A stretch of 24,552 nt of DNA, taken from IMG/VR virus record IMGVR_UViG_3300032125_000017, positions 1 through 24,552 of that record; one strand, 5' to 3'. The notes under the pieces are model-generated. The model made no database searches. It was not told the DNA's origin and saw only the letters and a list, made by a program, of their open reading frames with translations. Below, in pieces: positions 15,982 through 24,217 of this stretch. Within the stretch, counting starts at the first letter, position 1. Every line of letters begins with the position of its first letter. The stretch comes from a virus (lineage: Duplodnaviria; Caudoviricetes). Both the position numbers and the translations under genes were made by a program.

Positions 15982-16294
15982 TAATATCACCTTCATATTT
16001 ACAATAGACTTCATTATGATGGCCTAATCCAACCGGATCATCAGAATACGTTATGCCGTATATTCTTCCGTTTGAATCGATTACTCTCATGTCGTCCGTG
16101 ATACCTTTTGTAAATGCTGGAATAATTAAGACGTGCGTTGATTGCTCAATAAAGGCGTTTTGAACGGTGTTTAAGTTTGTTCCAGTAACTAAGTCGATGA
16201 AACCTTTAACTGTCTCAAAATCTACCCATATTTCAATTAACCCACCTATTTCATCATCGACTTGTGCACTTTCTTGAATGTAAAACTTATTCAT
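15974..16294 (-). CDS. Head closure (stopper) protein
   Basis: Pattern DEIGG...W...STHVLII...RV...Y.I...DDP.G..HH.E; ATG overlaps the upstream TAA. Confidence 0.8.
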   Translation of the reverse strand: MNKFYIQESAQVDDEIGGLIEIWVDFETVKGFIDLVTGTNLNTVQNAFIEQSTHVLIIPAFTKGITDDMRVIDSNGRIYGITYSDDPVGLGHHNEVYCKYEGDISG

Positions 16295-16827
16295 TAACCC
16301 CACCTCATTTTCTCGTATTTACCCAAGAATGAAAGTAACGATGATGGATAACCTTCTGTATTGTCGCTTGCATTCACATCGTAATAAGTTTCAGACATCC
16401 TAGCTACAGTTCTGGACTTAATACCTGTTTTTCCAACCATATCTAAATCATACTTAATCAACTTTTTGACACCTTGCTTAATGTCCGCTGGATAATCTAC
16501 CAACGTCGCCATTGCTTTGGTGCTATTTGCTGAAATAAACGGTTCGCCATTAACAGTAATTGTATCGTCATTCAATGTTCCAACTACATATAAACCGTCG
16601 TTATAAGCTGTGTAATTCACTTCTAACGTATCTCCAACTCTTAACCCTTCAACCTCTCCAAACACATTGATGATATTCGGTGCTGTAATGGTTATATCTT
16701 CAAAACGTACACGTTTATTTTGAAAGTTATTATTCGTTAATGCTCTAACACTTTGTTCAAACGCATCTAAATCATCTTGACTAATATCCGAATTAATCTT
16801 TTGTGCATCAAATAATGAAATAATCAT
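16294..16827 (-). CDS. Head-tail connector/adaptor protein
   Basis: Motifs VRALTNNNF, YPADIK, GIKSRTVARMSETY and GYP; position. Confidence 0.8.
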   Translation of the reverse strand: MIISLFDAQKINSDISQDDLDAFEQSVRALTNNNFQNKRVRFEDITITAPNIINVFGEVEGLRVGDTLEVNYTAYNDGLYVVGTLNDDTITVNGEPFISANSTKAMATLVDYPADIKQGVKKLIKYDLDMVGKTGIKSRTVARMSETYYDVNASDNTEGYPSSLLSFLGKYEKMRWG

Positions 16828-16848
16828 CGTTTCACCTCAATTCAAAAG

Positions 16849-16873
16849 AAAAAAGGAGGAATGTTATTCCCCC
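16849..16873 (-). terminator. Terminator after the capsid genes
   Basis: GGGGGAAT-AAC-ATTCCTCC followed by T6 on the minus strand. Confidence 0.7.
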
Positions 16874-17013
16874 TTCGCTTCTGCTTTCTTAGCTGGTGCT
16901 TTTTCTTTATCTTTTTTAACAATAATTTCTTTGAATCCTTGTGCTAAATACTTGTTAATCTTTTTTTCGTTGTCTGCTTTTTTAACAACGTTGTCTAATT
17001 TAAAAACTCGCAT
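16864..17013 (-). CDS. Small basic protein after major capsid, 49 aa (MRVFKLDNVVKKADNEKKINKYLAQGFKEII...)
   Basis: Hand-translated. RBS AAAGGGTG; typical post-capsid small gene. Confidence 0.8.
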   Translation of the reverse strand: MRVFKLDNVVKKADNEKKINKYLAQGFKEIIVKKDKEKAPAKKAEAKGE

Positions 17014-17029
17014 CAATGGTCACCCTTTC

Positions 17030-17941
17030 TTATGCACTTGGTTTAGTATTAGCGTAGATTGATGTTAATTTGCTTGCTGGAACCCAAAGATCATGGTATT
17101 TACGGTAATCAACTTTCCATGCATCTGCTTTTTGGTTTTGGTCTGGTGTGAATGTACGAACTTTATCAGTTTTAGAAATTGCAATTGGTGCATCTTTAGT
17201 AGAAATAATCCAATTAAGGTCTAATGCTCCAGCAGCTGCAGCAAATCCACCTGCTTCTTGTCCTGATGTTACGCCATCTTTGAATTCAAATGCTGTCTTA
17301 AGAAGTTTTGAAGGTGCTTTAACGATTGCGTTGTCATTCAATGCTTGAACTTCAACAGACAATCCACCTTTTGCCAATACAGCTTTGTTAATTAATTCTT
17401 TTCCAGCTTTAGATAATAGGTTAGCTAATACTGGACTCATAGTAATAATCACATCTTTAGCACCAATAACATCTTCCATTTTTGCTAAATCATCTAAGAT
17501 TTCAGCTAAAACATTAGATTCTGTAATAGCGATAGAACGTGTTTGACCTGCTCCAATAGCCAATGTTGCTAGTTTTGAATAACGGTATGCATCAATTTCC
17601 GGAATCACTTGCACACGTTGGAATTCACCCATTACTGTACCAGCGGTTACGATAAAGTTTGTTTCGTCTACATCCATTGCATCAATTGAGAAAGTACGTC
17701 CGCGATCTTGTGTAAGACTATAAGTTTTCCATTCAAGAGTTACATCTCCACCAACAAAACCGTTTGTACGATCATAGTCAGCAAGTCCATCCATTAAGAT
17801 GTTTGGTAGTTTAACTTCGTTACCACCGTTGTATTTGATTAAGTTTGCATTTGCTTCCATCCACCCTGTTGTTGATTCCTGTACCACTTGTTTATCTAAT
17901 GAAGGTTGAAAAATCTTTGAATACTCTAATACGTTTGGCAT
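17030..17941 (-). CDS. Major capsid protein
   Basis: Motifs GGNEVKLP, GLADYDR, LTQDRGRTFSIDAMDVDET and VIPEIDAYRYS; follows the scaffold gene. Confidence 0.92.
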   Translation of the reverse strand: MPNVLEYSKIFQPSLDKQVVQESTTGWMEANANLIKYNGGNEVKLPNILMDGLADYDRTNGFVGGDVTLEWKTYSLTQDRGRTFSIDAMDVDETNFIVTAGTVMGEFQRVQVIPEIDAYRYSKLATLAIGAGQTRSIAITESNVLAEILDDLAKMEDVIGAKDVIITMSPVLANLLSKAGKELINKAVLAKGGLSVEVQALNDNAIVKAPSKLLKTAFEFKDGVTSGQEAGGFAAAAGALDLNWIISTKDAPIAISKTDKVRTFTPDQNQKADAWKVDYRKYHDLWVPASKLTSIYANTKPSA

Positions 17942-17965
17942 TTAATTTCCTCTTTTCTGTTTGTT

Positions 17966-18559
17966 TTATTCTGATTTGATTCCTAATGCTGCTTCAAATG
18001 CTGCTGTAGCATCTGCTTCTGGATTAGGTGTTGTACCAGTATCTAGTTTGTTATCAATTGCTTTATATCCTGGAGCTGCTGGATCAGTTATTGGTTTAGT
18101 ATCTACAGCAAAAAAGTTTGGATTTGATTCTTTCAACTCTTTTACTTTGTTATCTAAACCAACAATTTTACCGTCTTTATCCACTTCAACATCGCCTAGC
18201 TTATGAAGCATATAGTCGATGTCTGTTGCACCTTCTTTAGTCAATGCTTCTTTCAACGAATAGCTTTTGCGTTCAGTAGCACGTTCTGTTTCAAGTGATT
18301 CAACTTTAGTTTGGTAATCATTAATCTGTGTTTGCAATCCTTCAACGTCTTTGTTTGACTTCTTCAAGCCTGTTACAAGTTCGTTAGCGTTTGTTAAGTC
18401 GCTTTCTAGTTGTTCTTTCTGCTCTTTCAGTTTGGTATAACGTGAATCAAGGTTTTCTTCATTTGCAAGGTACATTTTGTTAGCCGGCATACCTTCAACT
18501 GTTTTATTTGCTTGTTCTTCTGTTAATCCAACTGAAATCAAATACTCTTTAAATGTCAT
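17966..18559 (-). CDS. Scaffolding protein (Phage GP20 family)
   Basis: Coiled coil; ALTKEGATDIDY...GLDNKVKELKESNPNFF. Start moved to ATG 18559 behind RBS AAGGGAG. Confidence 0.88.
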   Translation of the reverse strand: MTFKEYLISVGLTEEQANKTVEGMPANKMYLANEENLDSRYTKLKEQKEQLESDLTNANELVTGLKKSNKDVEGLQTQINDYQTKVESLETERATERKSYSLKEALTKEGATDIDYMLHKLGDVEVDKDGKIVGLDNKVKELKESNPNFFAVDTKPITDPAAPGYKAIDNKLDTGTTPNPEADATAAFEAALGIKSE

Positions 18560-18577
18560 TTTTTCTCCCTTCGCCAC

Positions 18578-18700
18578 TACGCGTTTTACATGGTTGCATC
18601 ATGTGTGGTCTGCATATAACGTCATGCAATAACGAAATGTAAATGAGCAGAACCCACCAACAGCACTCATTCGTGATAAGTCCAAACCACTTATCGTTCC
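18578..18700 (-). promoter_or_regulatory. Multi-hairpin 5' leader of the scaffold gene
   Basis: Four short stems: 18675-18695, 18642-18671, 18611-18628 and 18588-18604. Confidence 0.45.
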
Positions 18701-18705
18701 AAGAT

Positions 18706-18733
18706 AAAAAGCCACCCATTGATGAGTGACTTT
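18706..18733 (-). terminator. Intrinsic terminator upstream of the scaffold leader
   Basis: AAAGTCACTCAT-CA-ATGGGTGGCTTTTT on the minus strand, with G-U pairs. Confidence 0.7.
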
Positions 18734-18980
18734 ATTCTACGATTTCATATGTCTGTTCAAATATATCTGGTTTACATGGATAGAATTCACCTTTCACACC
18801 TTTAATGATGTAATCACCAATACTCGCTCTCATAGAACCTTCTAAAGTCATGATTTCAATACGCTCTCCAGGAGTACAAGAACCGATTCTCTCGTTGTTC
18901 ATAAATAAAACACATTCTTTAGTGTTATCTTTAGTAAATCTAATCGCTTCAACTACTACTGGTTTCTTTCTATATTTCAT
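18732..18980 (-). CDS. Conserved small phage protein (KKPVxxEA...GDYIIKG..GEFYPCKPDIF family); candidate nucleotide-signal sponge
   Basis: Recognisable widespread phage motif; the function is an inference. Confidence 0.85.
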   Translation of the reverse strand: MKYRKKPVVVEAIRFTKDNTKECVLFMNNERIGSCTPGERIEIMTLEGSMRASIGDYIIKGVKGEFYPCKPDIFEQTYEIVE

Positions 18981-18993
18981 AAGCCACCACTTT

Positions 18994-19056
18994 CTATCTA
19001 ACCTTATATATCTTTAATATCAATCTGTTGATCCACTTCACTAAAAATCTTTTCAT
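18994..19056 (-). CDS. 20-aa cationic peptide MKRFLVKWINRLILKIYKVR
   Basis: ATG overlaps the upstream stop (TGATG), RBS GAGGTGG, and the ORF fills the gap up to the next RBS. Confidence 0.5.
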   Translation of the reverse strand: MKRFLVKWINRLILKIYKVR

Positions 19057-19250
19057 CAAAAACCACCTCTAAGGTTGTTAGAAATGTCGTTTGAAATACT
19101 GTTTTGAATTACATCAGACAAAGAATTATTATCTATCTTAATACCATCAATTTGACCTTTTTCTGATTTCTTTCTGTTTAACTCATGTAATTCTTTCTTG
19201 ATACCTTGCAACTCATTGATTGCTGCTTTCTCAAATGGTGTCATTGCCAT
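19056..19250 (-). CDS. Hypothetical 64-aa protein with an N-terminal coiled coil
   Basis: RBS AGAGGT at the end of the minor capsid gene; in operon. Confidence 0.75.
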   Translation of the reverse strand: MAMTPFEKAAINELQGIKKELHELNRKKSEKGQIDGIKIDNNSLSDVIQNSISNDISNNLRGGF

Positions 19251-19252
19251 GT

Positions 19253-20341
19253 CTATTTACCTCTTTTCTTTTTAGGGATCCATTCTATTTCGTTATCAGT
19301 AATGTCTAATACGCCTAACTTCTCGTATTCTTTATCAGTCATCTTAGATAATAGTTTTCCAAAGTCTTTCGTTTTGTGTTTCTTGCTTAGATCACTGACA
19401 TATTCAGTGTATTTCTGTTTACCTATTTCATTTTGAACCTTTTTGCCAACATACCAATCACTATATTTCTTATATTCAATTACTTCTTTAGTGATATTGT
19501 CTTTACGCAATTCTGGCGTTAGACCATTAACGACTGAAATAGTTGTACACCTACAATTAATATCAAGTGATGCACGTCCAAATAGTCTTGGTGCATCTGC
19601 TGTATAGCTATCAAACTTAAACTTTCCATCAACTGCTACCGTTTGGCCATCCAATTCTTGATGCGAATGTCTGGTTTTCTTATCTAACGTTGACATCCAC
19701 ATCTTTTTCATCTTAACGCCTTTATTTACCGCTTCTTTATAAGCTTTCTGTTTAGATGTCGATTGAACACGTCCGCCTTCTGTTCTAGCGATCCTTAATG
19801 ACTGCTTATAGTTAGCTTCTGTTAGTTCTCCAATCTCTTTAGCAACATTACCGTACCCCTTACCTTTAACCGCTCCGTTTAGCAATGCAGTAGTTACTCT
19901 TTCAGCTAAATCATCACGTTGACCGTATAATCGCTTAGAGAACGTTTTTCCGGCCACCTTCTTCTCAATCAAACTTTCAATATAATTTTCATTCAATACT
20001 GGAAAGTTTAATTGTAAGTTTTCAGCACCTTCTAACGCATACCATGCACCGTAATAGCCGGCATTTGCTTCACTAGAAACGTATTGGTTAATAACAGGGT
20101 TCGTCTTATCGCTCAACTCAAACAATATTTCATCAATCCTATTAGCTGTATTGATTTGCTGTTCAACTTCTAAACGTTTTGAGAAAGACAATTCATCGTA
20201 AGTATCAATGTATTGCTTAATCTCAATCTTTAACTCTTTTAACGCATCTTTGTAATAGGTGAACAACTTTTTATCCATACTCTTATAAGATACGTCAGCA
20301 ATCTTGTCTAACTCTTTATTCCACTTGTCCAACTGCTCCAT
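19253..20341 (-). CDS. Minor capsid/head morphogenesis protein (SPP1 gp7/Mu gpF family)
   Basis: Motifs RIARTE, KMWMSTLDKKTRHSHQELDGQ and INCRC. Confidence 0.92.
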   Translation of the reverse strand: MEQLDKWNKELDKIADVSYKSMDKKLFTYYKDALKELKIEIKQYIDTYDELSFSKRLEVEQQINTANRIDEILFELSDKTNPVINQYVSSEANAGYYGAWYALEGAENLQLNFPVLNENYIESLIEKKVAGKTFSKRLYGQRDDLAERVTTALLNGAVKGKGYGNVAKEIGELTEANYKQSLRIARTEGGRVQSTSKQKAYKEAVNKGVKMKKMWMSTLDKKTRHSHQELDGQTVAVDGKFKFDSYTADAPRLFGRASLDINCRCTTISVVNGLTPELRKDNITKEVIEYKKYSDWYVGKKVQNEIGKQKYTEYVSDLSKKHKTKDFGKLLSKMTDKEYEKLGVLDITDNEIEWIPKKKRGK

Positions 20342-21806
20342 TAATTGCACCTACCCCAACCGGTGGATCTGTTTCTTCTTGTAAACCGGATGTGTATTCT
20401 TGTTCTTCTATCATTAACTGGACTTCTTCCCAATCTAATTCGTATTGTTCGCAAATTAACTTAAGAACACTTTCATCGTCTAATCTTGGTGAAACTAACA
20501 AAACAGATTCAACAATAAGTTTCTTTGTTTCAGCTTCTGTCTTAGCACTTGTTACGATGTCAGTTTGATTAACCATTGTTTCCCTAGTGATGTTTACTTT
20601 GATGTCAACAGCTTTATATGCTTTGTTAAAACGTCTATTTATGTCACTAACAATCATTTCATTAATCCAAGAAATCATTGCTCTCAACCTAACCTCTGCT
20701 TTATTGGCTTTCATGTCCAACAACGCATAACGTGATTTAATTACTACGTTAGTAATGTTTCCATCACCCATTTGTGTGCTGTCAAATCCCATCCCAAACT
20801 TATAGATAGCTTCTTTATCAATATCTAACTTAGCTTGTCTAGCTGCAACTGGTATTTCAACAGTCTTAACATCAACGCCGCCGTTATCACCAACACCAAC
20901 CGTTTTCTTAGATTTGATGTTTTGGCGTAACTTGCTTAGATCATCACCACGAAACCCTTTAACAACATAAATAGCTTCTGCAAAGTCTTGTAAGTTGTTC
21001 GATAAGAAACACGCCATCAAATCATAATCATCAATCAACGGTTTAATTGGTTCTAAGTCCGTTGATTCATTTTTATTGTTACTCAAACGATAGAACGGTA
21101 AAGATCCATACGAACGTTCTAACATCTGTCCATCATCTGTTTGCGCAACAACATGCGATCTTGGATTCAATTCACGCTTATCATCTAACATAAACTTCTT
21201 GTTATCGTCTTTAACGTAGAAAGTAACCTTTTCATCGTCCCACATTTCAGCGTGTGTTACAGTAACGTTTTTTCCGTTCCTAGTAACATCTTTATCGTAG
21301 TAACGAACAACGCCTTTACGATCTTGATTTTCATTGTAAACATCGAACGTTTGAATACTATCAGACACTTGGAAACACAACTTATCTTGACTGTTTGTTC
21401 TAGCATAGGCAAATTCATGACCTTTTATTGCTGCACCTTCTAAAGCTTCTTGTAAGAACAGTTGCATATCATCATCATAGTATTCTTTTAAACTCTCTTT
21501 AAAGCTTTCATCTTCTACTTCTAGCTCTACTGGATTTGATAGTAGATATTGAACCTTTTGATCCACTTGTTCTGTAAAGAACGCATGTGGTATTTTGACG
21601 TTTGATGCATTGGTATCTTCACGAATAGAATCGTTATCATCAACGTAAAAGATGCGGTTATCTAAAATATCGTGCTTGTAATCATAATATCGTTTTCCAA
21701 TTCGTGCTTTGTCCTTTGTTGTTGATGCTCTATCATCCGTAACAGCTTTATTTAATGCACCAGCCACTACTTGTGGGTTATCGCTCAACAAGTATTTGTT
21801 ATCCAC
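20316..21806 (-). CDS. Portal protein, SPP1 gp6-like
   Basis: Motifs KIPHAFF...VDQKVQYL and DLEPIKPLIDDYD. Start moved to GTG 21806 behind RBS GAGGTG. Confidence 0.93.
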   Translation of the reverse strand: MDNKYLLSDNPQVVAGALNKAVTDDRASTTKDKARIGKRYYDYKHDILDNRIFYVDDNDSIREDTNASNVKIPHAFFTEQVDQKVQYLLSNPVELEVEDESFKESLKEYYDDDMQLFLQEALEGAAIKGHEFAYARTNSQDKLCFQVSDSIQTFDVYNENQDRKGVVRYYDKDVTRNGKNVTVTHAEMWDDEKVTFYVKDDNKKFMLDDKRELNPRSHVVAQTDDGQMLERSYGSLPFYRLSNNKNESTDLEPIKPLIDDYDLMACFLSNNLQDFAEAIYVVKGFRGDDLSKLRQNIKSKKTVGVGDNGGVDVKTVEIPVAARQAKLDIDKEAIYKFGMGFDSTQMGDGNITNVVIKSRYALLDMKANKAEVRLRAMISWINEMIVSDINRRFNKAYKAVDIKVNITRETMVNQTDIVTSAKTEAETKKLIVESVLLVSPRLDDESVLKLICEQYELDWEEVQLMIEEQEYTSGLQEETDPPVGVGAINGAVGQVE

Positions 21807-21819
21807 TCTCTCACCTCTC

Positions 21820-23034
21820 TTAGTACAACCAATTGCCACTATCTGCCACGTTGCTGTAAATAGCATATCTAACAGCATCTTGTACATCATCATGTTGTTT
21901 GATTGGCTCGCCTGTTTTACTGTTCCATACATATTGATATACTTCATCTAAGAAACGCTTTGTTCGATTCCTAACGATATAAAACTTGTTTTGCTTATAA
22001 CCTTTAGCAACCATTTCAATTCCACTTAGAACTGCTTTGTTTGCGTTGTAAGCATAGAAGCCTTCATCAACAAATCGATTAACATGTTCTGGCCTTGCTG
22101 AATCACAATAGAATGGAATCTTACTTCCAAACTCTGCAATCACTTCTTTTGCTATGCTAACCCAATAATCAATATCTTTATGTTGCGTCGCATACTCACG
22201 AACCAAATACTTGATGCCATCATCTGTTTCACCAATTACTACTATGGATCCCCAGTGTTCATAACCCCAGTCGACACCAGCATAATATTTAGTGATTGTT
22301 TTCCAAGGCACATCATCTTCATCGATAACATGTATCTTTTCGTCAAAGTCTGAATAGATGGCTCCTTCACCAATGGTCCATAAACCAAAAATACCCCTAT
22401 CTGTAAACATACCAGATGGAGTAGTTTCAATAAGGTTTCTAATATACCGTTCGCTTAAAAACGTATTATCCTTCAATGTAAAATGGAAGCTCAATACGTT
22501 TTCTGATGGATTGTCTATATAGTCTTTCTTTAACCAATGTTCCGGATGGTCTGGGTTAGTATCACAAATAACTCTTGCTCCTGCACCGGAACACCGTTTG
22601 ATTATCTCATCAAATACTTGTTTATTAGCAAGTGATGCTTCATTGATGTAAGCACCGTATGCCGTCATACCACGAATGCTTTTTAATCCAGCTATCGTTC
22701 CAGTAGCTGTTTGAATGACTTTCACACCAAATAATTTGAAGTTATTATACTTATCAAACTTAAATTCAATGCCGTATTTATTCGTTATCTCCTGCAACAC
22801 GTTCGTTTCAAGCGTTCCAGATGAAACACCGCCTAAGATGTACATTGGCTCGTCTACGCCTTCTTTTGCAGCGAGTTCTTTAACACGGATCAACTCGTTT
22901 AGAAATAAATCATTATCTAATTGAGTTTTACCAGCACGAACCGCTCCATGATTGATAAGGATGAACCAATCTTCTTGACGGGTTCGTTTATATATTTGCG
23001 CTTGTTTATCTGTATATAAGTCATTAAGAGCCAT
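21820..23034 (-). CDS. terL: Terminase large subunit (PBSX/SPP1 type)
   Basis: Walker A HGAVRAGKT, Walker B-like AYINEA, DTNP, nuclease motifs GVDWG, CDSARPE and HDDVQDAVRYA. Confidence 0.95.
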   Translation of the reverse strand: MALNDLYTDKQAQIYKRTRQEDWFILINHGAVRAGKTQLDNDLFLNELIRVKELAAKEGVDEPMYILGGVSSGTLETNVLQEITNKYGIEFKFDKYNNFKLFGVKVIQTATGTIAGLKSIRGMTAYGAYINEASLANKQVFDEIIKRCSGAGARVICDTNPDHPEHWLKKDYIDNPSENVLSFHFTLKDNTFLSERYIRNLIETTPSGMFTDRGIFGLWTIGEGAIYSDFDEKIHVIDEDDVPWKTITKYYAGVDWGYEHWGSIVVIGETDDGIKYLVREYATQHKDIDYWVSIAKEVIAEFGSKIPFYCDSARPEHVNRFVDEGFYAYNANKAVLSGIEMVAKGYKQNKFYIVRNRTKRFLDEVYQYVWNSKTGEPIKQHDDVQDAVRYAIYSNVADSGNWLY

Positions 23035-23782
23035 CTATTTCAGCTCCTAACTTGTTGAAATAGTCTTTCAGCTTATCTTCCGTTGTTTCATCGGTAGACG
23101 TTTCTTTTAATAGTACATCCAATTGAGCTTGCATAAGTTGCAACCTCAGAACGTTCTCGCCACCTATTAGCTTATTCAATTCAATCAAGGCTTTCTGTTT
23201 ATCATATAACTTAACAGTCGTGCCGAATTGATTCGTTTTGACCTCTTGAATAACACGGCCATCTACTTCTTTAGATCCTCTTAACATGACCTTATGCTTC
23301 TTAAACTCAACGTGATCGCTTATATCAACAAAAGCCATCTTAATCCATTCGTTTATGATGTCATTATCATTAATTAACCAGTCATTCGACCTCGCTGACT
23401 TGATGCGCTTGATTTCAGCCCTTATACCATTATTAACCATAAGAGTATACGCATTCTTATTCGCTACCTCATAACTACATTCATATGCCATTTGATAACT
23501 CTTAGTTGCGTTGTGATTTTGTGTGAAGTATAAGCAAAACAACTTTCGCTGTTCAGATAAACTACTGACGTCATCTAGTTCATCAATTGCTTTTTGCGTT
23601 GCAACGTTCTTATGTTGCATTGCACTTTTTGTTGCAACGTTTTTAGTTGTGTTGCGTTGCACCCAATTCTCACGGCTTTTCCTACTTCTTAAGGTAGCTG
23701 GCTTAATGCCATGTTTTTCAGCAAGATCTTTAATCGTTATATCTGTTTCTTCAAACTCTACTCGTATTGCTTCCCAATTCAT
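23024..23782 (-). CDS. terS: Terminase small subunit
   Basis: N-terminal HTH (LAEKHGI...LRSRKSRENW), LSEQRKLFCLYF...NATKSY and VKLYDKQKAL. Start at ATG 23782. Confidence 0.92.
   Translation of the reverse strand: MNWEAIRVEFEETDITIKDLAEKHGIKPATLRSRKSRENWVQRNTTKNVATKSAMQHKNVATQKAIDELDDVSSLSEQRKLFCLYFTQNHNATKSYQMAYECSYEVANKNAYTLMVNNGIRAEIKRIKSARSNDWLINDNDIINEWIKMAFVDISDHVEFKKHKVMLRGSKEVDGRVIQEVKTNQFGTTVKLYDKQKALIELNKLIGGENVLRLQLMQAQLDVLLKETSTDETTEDKLKDYFNKLGAEIDGS
23596..23662. repeat. Cluster of GTTGC(AAC) motifs inside terS; candidate pac region
   Basis: GTTGCAAC palindromes at 23598 and 23631; GTTGC at 23614, 23651 and 23656. Confidence 0.5.
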
Positions 23783-23819
23783 GACATTTCCACCACCACC
23801 TCTAATTAATTTTATGTAC

Positions 23820-23843
23820 AAAAAAAGACCTCGTTTGAGGTCT
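23820..23843 (-). terminator. Intrinsic terminator just upstream of terS
   Basis: AGACCTC-AAAC-GAGGTCT followed by a T-run on the minus strand. Confidence 0.8.
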
Positions 23844-23853
23844 CACTTATTAA

Positions 23854-24015
23854 TTATTTACCTCTAAATTGACTTTTTAAATCTTGGACAGGTTTGCTTT
23901 CTAATTCTTTCTTTTTTAGTTCATTGCTAATTTTTAACTCATTAGCAATTTTCTCTAAATTTTCGTTCATTTTTACCAACTGCTTTAGCTGACCTTCGTG
24001 CATGTACGGTTCCAT
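23854..24015 (-). CDS. 53-aa coiled-coil accessory protein (MEPYMHEGQLKQLVKMNENLEKIANELK...)
   Basis: RBS AAGGAGGTG before ATG 24015; own promoter and terminator. Confidence 0.75.
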   Translation of the reverse strand: MEPYMHEGQLKQLVKMNENLEKIANELKISNELKKKELESKPVQDLKSQFRGK

Positions 24016-24027
24016 ATTACACACCTC

Positions 24028-24070
24028 CTTTTGAGCAAGTATACCAAATTTCAGCACGTATGCTCAAAAG
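24028..24070 (-). promoter_or_regulatory. Promoter TTGAGC-N18-TATACT (TGn-extended) enclosed by the perfect 10-bp inverted repeat CTTTTGAGCA/TGCTCAAAAG
   Basis: Read directly from the sequence. Confidence 0.55.
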
Positions 24071-24075
24071 AATAC

Positions 24076-24108
24076 AAAAAAAGCACCCACAATTAAGCGA
24101 ATGCCTTT
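24076..24108 (-). terminator. Terminator ending the late leader RNA
   Basis: GGCATTCGC-TTAATT-GTGGGTGCT followed by a T-run on the minus strand. Confidence 0.75.
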
Positions 24109-24172
24109 TATCGATAAGCTACGTATACAGATTGTTTCCGCAAACTGTATGCTGTTGATTTACTACAATACT

Positions 24173-24213
24173 ATTTTAAGCCTTATTTACTACTAAAAAC
24201 GCCTCAAATACGC
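24173..24213 (-). promoter_or_regulatory. Activator-dependent late promoter: -10 TAAAAT with tandem GCGT(A/T)TTT repeats 11 bp apart in place of a -35
   Basis: Immediately after the RinA/ArpU stop, where such binding sites are normally found. Confidence 0.6.
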
Positions 24214-24217
24214 TACT

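Noticed and set aside
21807-21947. Long portal/terL overlap in the ORF track
   Set aside because: Artefact of an upstream in-frame start; the RBS supports GTG 21806.
24076-24170. tRNA after the late promoter
   Set aside because: No cloverleaf or T-loop (GTTCRA) motif is visible.
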